A stretch of 44,617 bases of DNA from an uncultured Candidatus Peribacteria bacterium (GTDB lineage Bacteria > Patescibacteriota > Gracilibacteria > Peribacterales > Peribacteraceae), in assembly GCA_964478005.1 (NCBI GenBank), contig CAYZGJ010000001.1, positions 1 to 44,617 on the forward strand. The letters run 5' to 3'. The notes beneath the pieces were generated by a model. It ran no database searches, was not told the DNA's origin, and was given only the letters and a program-made list of their open reading frames with translations. Within the stretch, counting starts at the first letter, position 1. Each line of letters opens with the position of its first letter. Both the position numbers and the translations under genes were made by a program. Shown piece after piece: positions 14,587-22,968 of this stretch.

Positions 14587-15603
14587 ATGCGCGAATCGTC
14601 CCTCCGCACGGCATTCTTCCTCTCACTCCTGCTGGGGGCGCTGGTGCTGGTGTTCTTCATCGTGCGTCCGTACCTCATCACGCTGACGCTCGCGGCCACC
14701 GCGGCGGTCATCCTCTACCCGCTCTACGACCGCATGCGGGAACAGATGGGCGGGCGCGACCGGCTGGCGGCCGTGCTGATGGTGATCCTCACCATTCTCC
14801 TGCTGCTCATTCCCCTTTCGCTCCTGGGCGTGCAGATCGGGACGGAGGCGGCCGGGCTCTACAACGATCTGCGTGGCGGCGCCGTCACGCTTCCCGCGGA
14901 TCTGCTGAGTCGCGCGGAAGAATTGGTCCAGCAGTACCTCCCGGGCGCCTCGGTCAATCTCAGTGAGTACGCGGGGCGGACGCTCAACTGGATCGCCTCC
15001 AGTTTGCAGGCGATCTTCGCGGAGACGTTGCGGTTCGTCTTCCTCCTCTTCCTGGGCATCATCGCCTACTACTTCCTGCTCAAGGACGGGCGGCGGTTCG
15101 TGGGGGCGCTCATCGACCTCAGCCCCTTGCGCGATCGAGAGGATCGCCAGCTCATCGACCGCCTGCGCGAGGCGGTGAATTCCGTCATCCGGGGGTCGCT
15201 CATCATCGCCGTGCTGCAGGGCATCGCGAGCGGCATCGGCTTCGCGCTCTTCGGCATCCCGAGCGCCGTGCTGCTGGGCAGCCTGGCGGGGGTGGGGGCG
15301 CTCATCCCGACGCTGGGCACCACGATCGTCTTCGCGCCGCTGCTGGTCTATCTTCTCGTGATCGGCAGTTACTGGACGGCGCTGGGATTGCTGATCTGGG
15401 GGTCGGTGGCGGTGGGTCTCATCGACAACTTCCTCCACCCCATCCTCGTGGGGCGCGGCATGCACATGCATCCGCTCTTCATCTTCCTCGCCGTCATCGG
15501 CGGCGTCCGGCTCTTCGGGCTGGCGGGGTTCGTCCTGGGCCCGCTGGCGATGAGTCTGCTCTTCGGCCTACTCGACATCTTCCGGCAGGAGCGGGCGGGG
15601 TGA
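14587..15603 (+). CDS. AI-2E family transporter (PerM/UPF0118)
   Basis: Polytopic protein. Motifs VNSVIRGSLIIAVLQGIASGIGF, IPTLGTTIVFAPL and LIDNFLHPILVG. ATG 14587 preferred over TTG 14566. Confidence 0.85.
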   Translation: MRESSLRTAFFLSLLLGALVLVFFIVRPYLITLTLAATAAVILYPLYDRMREQMGGRDRLAAVLMVILTILLLLIPLSLLGVQIGTEAAGLYNDLRGGAVTLPADLLSRAEELVQQYLPGASVNLSEYAGRTLNWIASSLQAIFAETLRFVFLLFLGIIAYYFLLKDGRRFVGALIDLSPLRDREDRQLIDRLREAVNSVIRGSLIIAVLQGIASGIGFALFGIPSAVLLGSLAGVGALIPTLGTTIVFAPLLVYLLVIGSYWTALGLLIWGSVAVGLIDNFLHPILVGRGMHMHPLFIFLAVIGGVRLFGLAGFVLGPLAMSLLFGLLDIFRQERAG

Positions 15604-15610
15604 AGGGGGA

Positions 15611-16291
15611 TCAGGAGGCCAGCATCCACCGCACCGGATTGTCCGCGATGTAGGCGCGGATGCGATCCCGTTCCGCCTCATTCCGGATGATGCGGTCGTG
15701 GTACCGGGCTTGCCATGCGAAATCGATCCCGTGTTGCCGGGCGTACAGGGTGACGCCGATTTTGAATCCGCGGATGATGGATGCCAGGTTGCGGGATTGG
15801 GGACCGAACCGGTTGCATGTGCGTGTGTGTGGTGGGTGTTGGGACGCGGTGGGTGGGGGTGGTAAATGCGCGGTGGGTGGGGGCGGTAGAGACGCAAAAT
15901 CTTGCGTCTCTACCACGAAACACCCATGCGTTCGTACCATGGATTGCGGCGCATCGATGACCACGATCCCATGCACGTGGTCCGGCATGATGACGAATGC
16001 GTCCAATCGCACGAACGGGAAATGATCCGGAATGGCCATCTAACAGGCGTGCGCGGCCTCCCCCAAGGGCGTCCGGTGCATGCGTGTCGCGTCGCGGGGG
16101 TCATCGGGTCTGGTGTTCCAGGCCGTTTCATCAATGGTGCCGAACGAGGGACGTCGCCCTTTCGTGCAGATCGTCACGTAGTACGCGCCCTTCGATCCGT
16201 AATCCCATCGCGGATTGCGGGCGGAGGGGATGCGGTATGTGCCTCGGAACCATTCATCATTTGATCTATCCACATGTTCCATGTCCCTCAT
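15611..16291 (-). pseudogene. REP-associated tyrosine transposase (RAYT, IS200/IS605-like Y1 HUH) interrupted by in-frame TAG
   Basis: ORFs 16040-16291 and 15611-16039 are in the same frame, separated only by TAG (plus-strand cta at 16040-16042). HUH motif MPDHVHGIV. Tyr motif WQARYHDRIIRNE. The stop aligns with a Trp of the intact paralog at 25679-26269. Confidence 0.75.
15886..15913. repeat. REP-like palindrome GTAGAGACGCAAAATCTTGCGTCTCTAC inside the RAYT pseudogene
   Basis: 12-bp perfect stem with a 4-nt loop. Translated as VVETQDFASL in the RAYT frame. Near-identical copy at 43067-43094. Confidence 0.85.
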
Positions 16292-16324
16292 GGTAGCGAC
16301 TGCATGAGGTGTTGTCCTCTCCTG

Positions 16325-16960
16325 CTACATTGCCTCTTCTCGCTCTCTCTTCAGCACCCGCGTCCACCAGAGGAGCTGATCGAGCATCGTCGCGGCGTCG
16401 CCCATCAGCTTCTCGTTTTCCATCGGCTTCCACTCCGCTTTGCCGAAGAGAACCGGGAAGTGGATATCCGCGGGGATGTGGACGGACGATCGGATGGGCG
16501 CCATCTGGAGTTCCACCGCCACCTGCCGCAGCTGCTCCACCGCCCGCCCGCCGCCCACGGAGCCGTAGCTGACGAAGCCGACGGCCTTGCCGTTCCATGC
16601 GTGGTAGACGTAGTCGAGGGCGTTCTTGAGCACCGCGGGGTAGCCGTGGTTGTACTCGCCCGTCACGATGACGAAACCGTCGTGCTCGGCAATCTGCGCC
16701 GCCCAGCGCTTGGCTGTTTCATTACCATAGTCCTCCGGGGTGATCATCGCCGGGGAAGCGGGCTCGTCGTAGAAGGGCATCGGGTAGTCGCGCAGGTCCA
16801 GCGCCGTCACGTCCACGCCCTCGCGCTGCCGCAGCACGTCCGCAATCCATGCCGCAGGCTTCTCGCTGAAGCGGCCGGGGCGGGTCGTGCCGGTGATGAC
16901 GGCGATGCGCGATGAGTCAGGCACGTCTGTGAAGACCGCGCGCGCCGCATTTCCTATCAA
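16325..16960 (-). CDS. NAD(P)H-dependent FMN reductase family oxidoreductase
   Basis: RIAVITGTTRPGRFSEK, FVIVTGEYNHGYPAVLKNALDY, GFVSYGSVGGGRAVEQLR. TTG start 16960 overlaps the upstream stop (TTGA). Alternative GTG at 16924. Confidence 0.85.
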   Translation of the reverse strand: MIGNAARAVFTDVPDSSRIAVITGTTRPGRFSEKPAAWIADVLRQREGVDVTALDLRDYPMPFYDEPASPAMITPEDYGNETAKRWAAQIAEHDGFVIVTGEYNHGYPAVLKNALDYVYHAWNGKAVGFVSYGSVGGGRAVEQLRQVAVELQMAPIRSSVHIPADIHFPVLFGKAEWKPMENEKLMGDAATMLDQLLWWTRVLKREREEAM

Positions 16961-17496
16961 TCATTCTCCTGAAAAACCGATCCTTCGATGGCCGCCGGCA
17001 GCAGGCCCGCGATGGTCTCGCCCACCCGGTCGGGATGCGGGACGTAGGGGAGGCAGCGCTCCAGCGATTCCTCCCGATTGACCGGCGCCTCGAAGCAGAT
17101 CGATCCGAAGTTGAGCAGATACGTGATCAAGCCGACCCGCCGGACGCTCACGTCGTGGATGCGCCGCAGCGGGATCTCGTGCTCGTGCGCGGCGAGGTAG
17201 AGCCGCAGGTGCAGGTAGATGACCCTCTTGCTGGTGACGATGATGGTGCGCATGCGTTCCGAGAAGAACATGTGGAAGAACTTGTGATAGGCCAGCAGTA
17301 CCAGCGTGGCGCCCAGGAGATAGAGGATGCCGGCGGCGAGTGCCATGAGTTCGATGGAGGCGGCGAGGACGATGAACAGCACGCCGACCAGCAGCAGCAG
17401 CAGGCAGACGCATCCCGATGCCACGTACCGCGCCCAGTGCGCGCGGGTCACGAGCACGACGTGTTCCTGAGCCAGCGGCAGCGGGAGTTCAGCCAT
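16957..17496 (-). CDS. membrane protein with two TM helices and a bacterial PH-like C-terminal domain, hypothetical
   Basis: Start MAELPLPLAQEHVVLVTRAHW, then two TM helices, then TIIVTSKRVIYLHLRL...RRIHDVSVRRVGLITYLLNFGSI, which resembles YdbS/YdbT-type bPH proteins. Confidence 0.55.
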   Translation of the reverse strand: MAELPLPLAQEHVVLVTRAHWARYVASGCVCLLLLLVGVLFIVLAASIELMALAAGILYLLGATLVLLAYHKFFHMFFSERMRTIIVTSKRVIYLHLRLYLAAHEHEIPLRRIHDVSVRRVGLITYLLNFGSICFEAPVNREESLERCLPYVPHPDRVGETIAGLLPAAIEGSVFQEND

Positions 17497-17740
17497 TGTC
17501 TGCAGGGAGAAGATCCAGGAGATGCGGGAGCGCCACGAGTGCCAGGACCAGCCCCAGGGCGCCTGCCAGATAGACGATGCGCAGGATCCCGTCACGCAGC
17601 CGGAGAGACTGCGGGGCCTTGATGGATCGCAGGAAATCGCGCCGCATGCGCTCTACCCGCCGCGCTTCGAGAGCGATCGCCCCGGCGAAGAGGAGAGACA
17701 GGAGCGCGAGTGCCGAGAGGATGGCAAGGAAGAGGGACAT
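17489..17740 (-). CDS. small two-TM membrane protein, hypothetical
   Basis: MSLFLAILSALALLSLLFAGAIAL...IVYLAGALGLVLALVAL. Overlaps the downstream gene by 8 nt. Confidence 0.45.
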   Translation of the reverse strand: MSLFLAILSALALLSLLFAGAIALEARRVERMRRDFLRSIKAPQSLRLRDGILRIVYLAGALGLVLALVALPHLLDLLPADNG

Positions 17741-17890
17741 TGTTTTTTCATAAGCCAAAACATCAACTATGTACTGTACAGTAAACACTGGAATGAGTCA
17801 ACGAAACGCCGGATTTCTCCGGCGTGGCACCGCGGGAACTCCGCCGGGTGCGCGAGCCGCCCGGCGGAGCCTGTGCCTTACGGAACGCGA

Positions 17891-18109
17891 TCACACCACC
17901 CCCTTCTTCGTCAGTTTGCTGCTGATGACCAGCACGTACACCGCCGAGAGTCCCACGATGGTGTAGACGACCCGGGAGACGACCGTAGCCGGACCGCCGA
18001 AGAGCGCGGCGACCAGATCGAACTGAAAGAGGCCGACTAGGCCCCAGTTGATGCCGCCGATGACCAAGAGCAGCAAGGCGACCCAATCGAGAACGCTGAG
18101 GTTCTTCAT
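17891..18109 (-). CDS. DUF378 family membrane protein
   Basis: MKNLSVLDWVALLLLVIGGINWGLVGLFQFDLVAALFGG is the characteristic DUF378 motif. Confidence 0.8.
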   Translation of the reverse strand: MKNLSVLDWVALLLLVIGGINWGLVGLFQFDLVAALFGGPATVVSRVVYTIVGLSAVYVLVISSKLTKKGVV

Positions 18110-18273
18110 AAGAGAGAGGAGGGAGGGGATAAGCAACCGTACACTCTACACGATTCTTGGCCAAAGTAACGTTTGCAGGGTTCTCGCCTCTTCGAAATGA
18201 GTGGCGGAATCGTCCTTTTTGCATTCTCTTCATTCCTGTTCCCCGGCTGGAAATGCAGGTATACTCAAGAGAC

Positions 18274-19512
18274 ATGCACTCGGCAACTCCTTCCATAGGC
18301 TTCGGCGACCTGGGCATCGCGCCGGTGTTCCTGTCCGTGATGGAACGGCTGCGGTTCTCCGTGCCCACGCCCATCCAGCTCCAATCCATCCCCACGGCGG
18401 TGGCGGGCAAGGACATCATCGGCATCGCGCAGACGGGGACCGGCAAGACGCTGGCCTTCGGCATTCCGCTGCTGCAGCGACTCTCCCAGGCGCGGGGACG
18501 CGCGCTCATCGTGCTCCCCACGCGTGAGCTGGCGTTCCAGGTGGAGGAAGCGCTGCGGCCGTTCGCCGATGCGGTCGGCATCCAGACGGCGGTCTTCGTC
18601 GGCGGAGCGTCCATGCACCAGCAGAAGCTGATGCTCCGGCGCGATCCGCGCGTGCTCATCGCCACGCCCGGCCGCCTCAACGATCACCTGGAACAGGGCA
18701 CGGTGACGCTGCGCGAGGTGTCCATCCTGGTGCTGGATGAAGCCGACCGCATGCTGGACATGGGATTCAAGCCGCAGATCGACCGCATCCTCCGGCACGT
18801 GCCCCGGGAACGGCAGACGCTGCTGTTCTCCGCGACCATGCCGCAGGCGATCGTCACCATCGCCACGCGTGAGATGCAGCTGCCCCTGCGCATCGAGGTG
18901 GCGCCCGCGGGAACGGCCGCGGAGAAGGTGGAGCAGGAACTCTTCATCGTCCGGCGCGAGGACAAGAGCCGCTTGCTCGTGTCCCTCCTGCACGAGTTCC
19001 AGGGATCGGCGCTGGTCTTTTCCCGCACCAAGCACGGCGCGACGAAGATCGCCCGCAGCCTGCGGGATGCAGGATTTTCGGCGGCGGAGATCCATGCCAA
19101 CCGGTCGCTGGCCCAGCGACGCGCAGCGCTGGAAGGATTCAGGCGCGGCACGTACCGGGTGCTGGTGGCCACGGACATCGCCGCGCGCGGCATCGACGTG
19201 ACGGGCATCGCCGTGGTGCTCAATTTTGACCTGCCCAACGATCCCGCCGACTACGTCCACCGCATCGGCCGCACCGCCCGCGCGGGTCGGGAGGGCCGGG
19301 CGATCTCGTTCGCCACGCCGGACCAGTCGAAGCACATTCGTGAGATTGAACGGCTCATCCGCGCCCCGCTCAAGCGCAGCGCGCACGCTTCTCTGCCGAC
19401 GACCGTGCTGGATCCCGGGGCATCCGCCCCCGCTTCCCGCCGGTCCGGCCGGGGCGCAGGGCAACGTTCCCGCGGCGGCCGCGGATTCGGACGGGGCGGG
19501 AGGCGTCGCTAG
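18274..19512 (+). CDS. DEAD-box ATP-dependent RNA helicase with RG-rich tail
   Basis: Q motif FSVPTPIQ, motif I AQTGTGKT, PTRELA, DEAD (VLDEADRM), SAT, HRIGRTARAG. TATACT lies 8 nt upstream of ATG 18274. Confidence 0.92.
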   Translation: MHSATPSIGFGDLGIAPVFLSVMERLRFSVPTPIQLQSIPTAVAGKDIIGIAQTGTGKTLAFGIPLLQRLSQARGRALIVLPTRELAFQVEEALRPFADAVGIQTAVFVGGASMHQQKLMLRRDPRVLIATPGRLNDHLEQGTVTLREVSILVLDEADRMLDMGFKPQIDRILRHVPRERQTLLFSATMPQAIVTIATREMQLPLRIEVAPAGTAAEKVEQELFIVRREDKSRLLVSLLHEFQGSALVFSRTKHGATKIARSLRDAGFSAAEIHANRSLAQRRAALEGFRRGTYRVLVATDIAARGIDVTGIAVVLNFDLPNDPADYVHRIGRTARAGREGRAISFATPDQSKHIREIERLIRAPLKRSAHASLPTTVLDPGASAPASRRSGRGAGQRSRGGRGFGRGGRRR

Positions 19513-19516
19513 TCGA

Positions 19517-19741
19517 TCAGTCTTCGAACTTCAGCAACTTCCACACGGGCATGTCGAAGGCCCGGGCGAGCTTGTCGAGTACGAGGAGCGAGGGGTTCTT
19601 CGGCTTCTTGCCTTCCAGGAGCTGGAGGTAGTAGAGGCTGATGCCGGCTTTCTGGGCCAGCTTCTCCTGCGTGAGCTTGCGCTCTTCGCGCAGGGCTCGC
19701 AAACGTTCCTGTACTTTCAGGGTGATGGGTGAGACTTTCAT
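19517..19741 (-). CDS. XRE-family helix-turn-helix transcriptional regulator (74 aa)
   Basis: LRALREERKLTQEKLAQKAGISLYYLQLLEGKKPKNPSLLVLDKLARAF matches HTH_3/Cro-C1 type. Confidence 0.8.
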   Translation of the reverse strand: MKVSPITLKVQERLRALREERKLTQEKLAQKAGISLYYLQLLEGKKPKNPSLLVLDKLARAFDMPVWKLLKFED

Positions 19742-19918
19742 AAGAGTGGAGGAATGGTGCCTGTAATTCTGCGATGCGGAAGAAATGATAGTTTGTCTAC
19801 TGTGCCTGCCGTCTCATCATTCCGATCGCTTGCGGAGGGGATTGCGTCCTCCGCCTTTTCCAAGACGATCGTACCGTACTACGGTGTACAGTAATTTCCA
19901 ACAATTTTCTCTTCGCGC

Positions 19919-21451
19919 TCACCCCAGGCTCCTGCGGATGACGCCGGCTTCCACGATGTCGCGGGTGAGGGCGGCGGCGTCGGGCGCAGGGGCGCGCAGG
20001 CGGTGGAGGATGGTGGAGGAGAGGTTCCGGTGGATGACGTGCGACGGTTCCTGCGGCCCGAGGCGGATGCCCATGATGCGCTCGATGCCGCCGATTCCGT
20101 CGTGAATGGCGGCGAAGGCCGGATGCTCCTCTGCCAGCAGCGCGATGTTCTCCGCATGGTAGTAGCGGCCGGCTGCTTCCAAGTCCGCGCGCAGCGCGGG
20201 GTAGTGCTTCTCCAGGAGCGGCAGCAATCCCTGCTTCTCCGCGGCTTCCAATCCTCTGCCCGTAGCGATCAGTTCCGGCGGCACGCCCAGCGAGTACAGC
20301 GCGGCGGTGAAGACGATGGCGCGCGGCAGCTTGACCGATCCCACGCCCCGGCTGTAGCCGAAGAGCCCGATGTGCAGCATGCGTTCGCGCCGCGGGGGGA
20401 CGTAAGCCGCGACCCGGTTGATGACGGGAGCGATGGCCTCGATCGTCGGCTTCCACGTCTGCTCGAAGAGGGCGCTGAGCGTGCGCAGTTGATCGCGTTC
20501 TTCCTCCGTGAGCAGGATGGTGCGGTGCCGCGCCACGTCGCGCTGCATCGTTTCCAGGGCGCTCTGCACGTCGGCACGGGGATAGTCGTACCGGAAGGCC
20601 GATTGAATCGAATACGTGGCGGTGCCGGCGTACTGCCGCAGAAAGTGTTCGGTGTTGCCCGGGTGGACGGAGCCGCGGAAGGGGAGGGAACCGGTGCCGA
20701 TGACGGGGTAGACGGGATGGCCGTGCCGCTCTCCCAGGCGAGACAGCGTGGAGAGCGCGGCGCGGATCGCGAGGACCGACGGCACCAGGCCGGAGTTCAT
20801 GGCGGGATCGGACCGCGCGAGGAAGGCGCGGCGCCCCCGTTCCGCTGCGCGTGCTCCCTCCTCCCGCAGCGCGCTCCAGTACGGCTCGATGATCCGCTCG
20901 ATGGCGAAGAGCGAGTCGACGTCCTCCACCAGCGGGGTGACGGTGAACAGGTCCAGGAGGTGCTGCTCATCCGCTTTGGATTCGTGAAACACCATGCGGT
21001 GGTAGTCGGCCGTCTCGCGGAACGCGCGGCGCGCCCCGATGGGCTGGGCGGCATCGGTGGTCATCGGCAGGAACATCTCCGTGACGGGCGGCTGCGGCAG
21101 GTGGAGTTCCCGCGCCAGGTCGGCGAGAGACAGGATGTTCATGAAGGCGCGCGCGGAGCGGTGCGTCCGTCCCTCCTCCCACGCGGGGATGCGGTAGGTG
21201 AGGTGGAGGTCTCCCCCCAGCGGACGTGTCTGGAAGTACTCGCGGGCGCGGGAGAAGAGCTTCTCCCCCACGGCTTCATCCACGTACTTGCCTTCCCAGT
21301 CCCACATGTACTCGTCGATGGGCAGCTCGCGGAAGAGCGTCAGCAGCTCCGTGATTTCATCCTGCGTGGGGATGAACGCATCGGAACGCCACCACGGCAC
21401 GGAGGCATTGTCCGGATGCTGGGTCGCCATGGTGACGGGTGGCCAAGTCAT
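19919..21451 (-). CDS. ppcA: archaeal-type phosphoenolpyruvate carboxylase (PepcA)
   Basis: MATQHPDN motif near the N-terminus. EYMWDWEGK, TPLVEDV, ARSDPAMNSGL, GTGSLPFRG. About 510 aa from ATG 21451. The upstream 227 aa of the listed ORF look spurious. Confidence 0.8.
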   Translation of the reverse strand: MTWPPVTMATQHPDNASVPWWRSDAFIPTQDEITELLTLFRELPIDEYMWDWEGKYVDEAVGEKLFSRAREYFQTRPLGGDLHLTYRIPAWEEGRTHRSARAFMNILSLADLARELHLPQPPVTEMFLPMTTDAAQPIGARRAFRETADYHRMVFHESKADEQHLLDLFTVTPLVEDVDSLFAIERIIEPYWSALREEGARAAERGRRAFLARSDPAMNSGLVPSVLAIRAALSTLSRLGERHGHPVYPVIGTGSLPFRGSVHPGNTEHFLRQYAGTATYSIQSAFRYDYPRADVQSALETMQRDVARHRTILLTEEERDQLRTLSALFEQTWKPTIEAIAPVINRVAAYVPPRRERMLHIGLFGYSRGVGSVKLPRAIVFTAALYSLGVPPELIATGRGLEAAEKQGLLPLLEKHYPALRADLEAAGRYYHAENIALLAEEHPAFAAIHDGIGGIERIMGIRLGPQEPSHVIHRNLSSTILHRLRAPAPDAAALTRDIVEAGVIRRSLG

Positions 21452-21651
21452 ACGTGGAGGATGGAGAGCTCTCTGCCACGCGTCACTCTGAATGCAATCG
21501 AAGGGATGACGGGTGGCCAGGTCATCGCGGGGATTGTACTGATCTTCGGGAAAAGGGATAGGGGAGGAGGAGTATGGAAATGGAACATGGGTCATTCCGG
21601 AGAGGGGCGTCGGGTCGCGTTGCGGGGGGCGCGTGCGATACACTGCCCCTG

Positions 21652-22800
21652 ATGTCGCTGCTCTCCCGTCTCGCATCCGTTCCTCCCGATCCCATCTTTG
21701 CGGTGGCGGCAGCCGCGCGGGCGGCGGGGCCGGAGGCCATCGATGCCTCCATCGGCGAGATCCGCGGCGAGGACGGGGGGCCGTTCTTCCTGCCCTCGAT
21801 GCAGGAGGCGCTGGGCCGGTGGGAACGGGAAATGGTGCCCCGGGCGGGCGGTTTCCCTCTGCCGCCCCTCTTGGGGGTGCCTGCGTTCCGCGCGTGCGTG
21901 ACCCGACTGGCGGCGGGAGACGACGTTCCGGTGGCATCCATCGCGGCGGCAGGCGGCACGGGAGCGCTCGCGCTTCAATTGAAGCTGCTGCAGCGGATGG
22001 GAATCCGGCGCGTGGTCCTGCCCGTCCCGACGTGGCCCGCGCACCGGCGGCTGCTGGGGGGCGCCGGGCTGGAAACGGTGTCCGTGCCCTTTGCGGCGGA
22101 TGATGCAGGCGTCGATGCCGTCGGGGATGCACTGACCCGGGAACGGCAACCGGCTGCCGCCCTCCTGCAGGTCAGCGGGCACAATCCGACCGGCTGGACC
22201 TGGTCCTCCGCGCAGTGGCAGCGGCTGGCTGCGGCGCTGGAAGGCTCCTCCTTTGTCATCCTGCTCGACTGCGCGTACCAGGGGCTGGGGTTGGGCGTCC
22301 AGGAAGACGTTGCTCCCGTGGGGATTCTGCGCAGAGCGGGCGTCGGGGTGTTTTTGGCGTGGTCCGCGTCGAAGAATCACACGATCTACGGTCTGCGCAC
22401 GGGACTGGCCTGCGCTCCCGTTTCCTCCGACGAAGAGCGCGCGCTGGTCGAAGGGCACTACGCCCAGTGCACGCGGGAGCTCTGGTCGGCCGCGCCCACG
22501 CCCGGCCAGCAGTTGGTTGCCCTGGTGCAGCAGGAGCACCGCGCAGCGTGGGAGGAGGAGCTCTCCGTGGCGCGCGCGCTCCTGCAGCGCAAGCGGGCGC
22601 TCTTGACGGAAGCATTTCCGGACTGGGCGGAGCGGCTGCGGGGTGCCGGTTTCTTCACGCAGCTGCCGCTGTCCCCCGACGCGATCGGCCGCCTGCGCGC
22701 GGAGAAGGTCTTCCTGGCCGATGACGGGCGGATGAATCTGGCGGGGGTGCCGATGGCGCGGTTCGATGCGTTGATCGAGAAGATACGCGCCATCCTGTAG
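21652..22800 (+). CDS. class I (AspC/TyrB-like) aminotransferase
   Basis: PPDPIFAV, SGHNPTG, LDCAYQGL, SASKNHTIYGLRTG (PLP-lysine motif), RMNLAGV. TACACT lies 7 nt upstream of ATG 21652. The TAG stop lies in a REP arm. Confidence 0.85.
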   Translation: MSLLSRLASVPPDPIFAVAAAARAAGPEAIDASIGEIRGEDGGPFFLPSMQEALGRWEREMVPRAGGFPLPPLLGVPAFRACVTRLAAGDDVPVASIAAAGGTGALALQLKLLQRMGIRRVVLPVPTWPAHRRLLGGAGLETVSVPFAADDAGVDAVGDALTRERQPAAALLQVSGHNPTGWTWSSAQWQRLAAALEGSSFVILLDCAYQGLGLGVQEDVAPVGILRRAGVGVFLAWSASKNHTIYGLRTGLACAPVSSDEERALVEGHYAQCTRELWSAAPTPGQQLVALVQQEHRAAWEEELSVARALLQRKRALLTEAFPDWAERLRGAGFFTQLPLSPDAIGRLRAEKVFLADDGRMNLAGVPMARFDALIEKIRAIL

Positions 22801-22968
22801 AGACGTTCCGGCGGAACGTCTTTACTGCATGGGACGAGAGAGATATCCGGCGGAACGTCTGTACTGCATGGGGCGAGAGAGATATCCGCTGCAACGTCTG
22901 TACTGCATGGGACGAGAGAGATATCCGGCTGCATGGGACGAGAGAGATATCCGCCGGAACGTCTCTAC
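22797..22968. repeat. composite REP array filling a convergent intergenic region
   Basis: Left end GTAGAGACGTTCCGGCGGAACGTCT, right end CCGGAACGTCTCTAC. In between, the core CTGCATGGGRCGAGAGAGATATCCG occurs at 22825, 22864, 22903 and 22929 (39-bp period, then 26). Confidence 0.9.

Noticed and set aside
16040-16042. In-frame TAG in the RAYT gene as programmed recoding or an alternative genetic code.
   Set aside because: The stop aligns with a Trp codon in the paralog (a one-base change). TAG, TGA and TAA all terminate well-supported genes in this window, so a standard code with a nonsense mutation is the simpler reading.
17772-17783. Perfect 12-bp palindrome TACTGTACAGTA, considered as a LexA/SOS-box-like operator. 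Related GTGTACAG strings lie at about 11454, 19886 and 28695.
   Set aside because: It is too short and lacks the spacer of known SOS boxes. Most related strings are explained by TACAGT/TACACT -10 hexamers, and no lexA gene is in the window.
19832-19860. Terminator-like hairpin GCGGAGG-N9-CCTCCGC followed by CTTTTCC on the plus strand.
   Set aside because: No plus-strand gene ends nearby: the XRE gene between it and the helicase is on the minus strand. On the minus strand there is no U-tract. Its function is unclear, so it is not called.
19919-22132. The 737-aa version of the PEP carboxylase ORF, and the 1013-aa version of the ATP-grasp fusion ORF (39222-42263).
   Set aside because: The N-terminal extensions are Pro/Arg/Ala-rich and overlap the neighbouring genes (the aminotransferase and the 7TM gene). 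Family-typical N-termini (MATQHPDN; MILPFFSSRGVLGLNARN with ATGA coupling) start much further in.
22797-22968. Possible CRISPR array, because of regularly spaced repeats.
   Set aside because: The units are contiguous with no unique spacers. The period is 39 bp including the REP half-site. No cas genes are present. It is a REP-derived tandem array.
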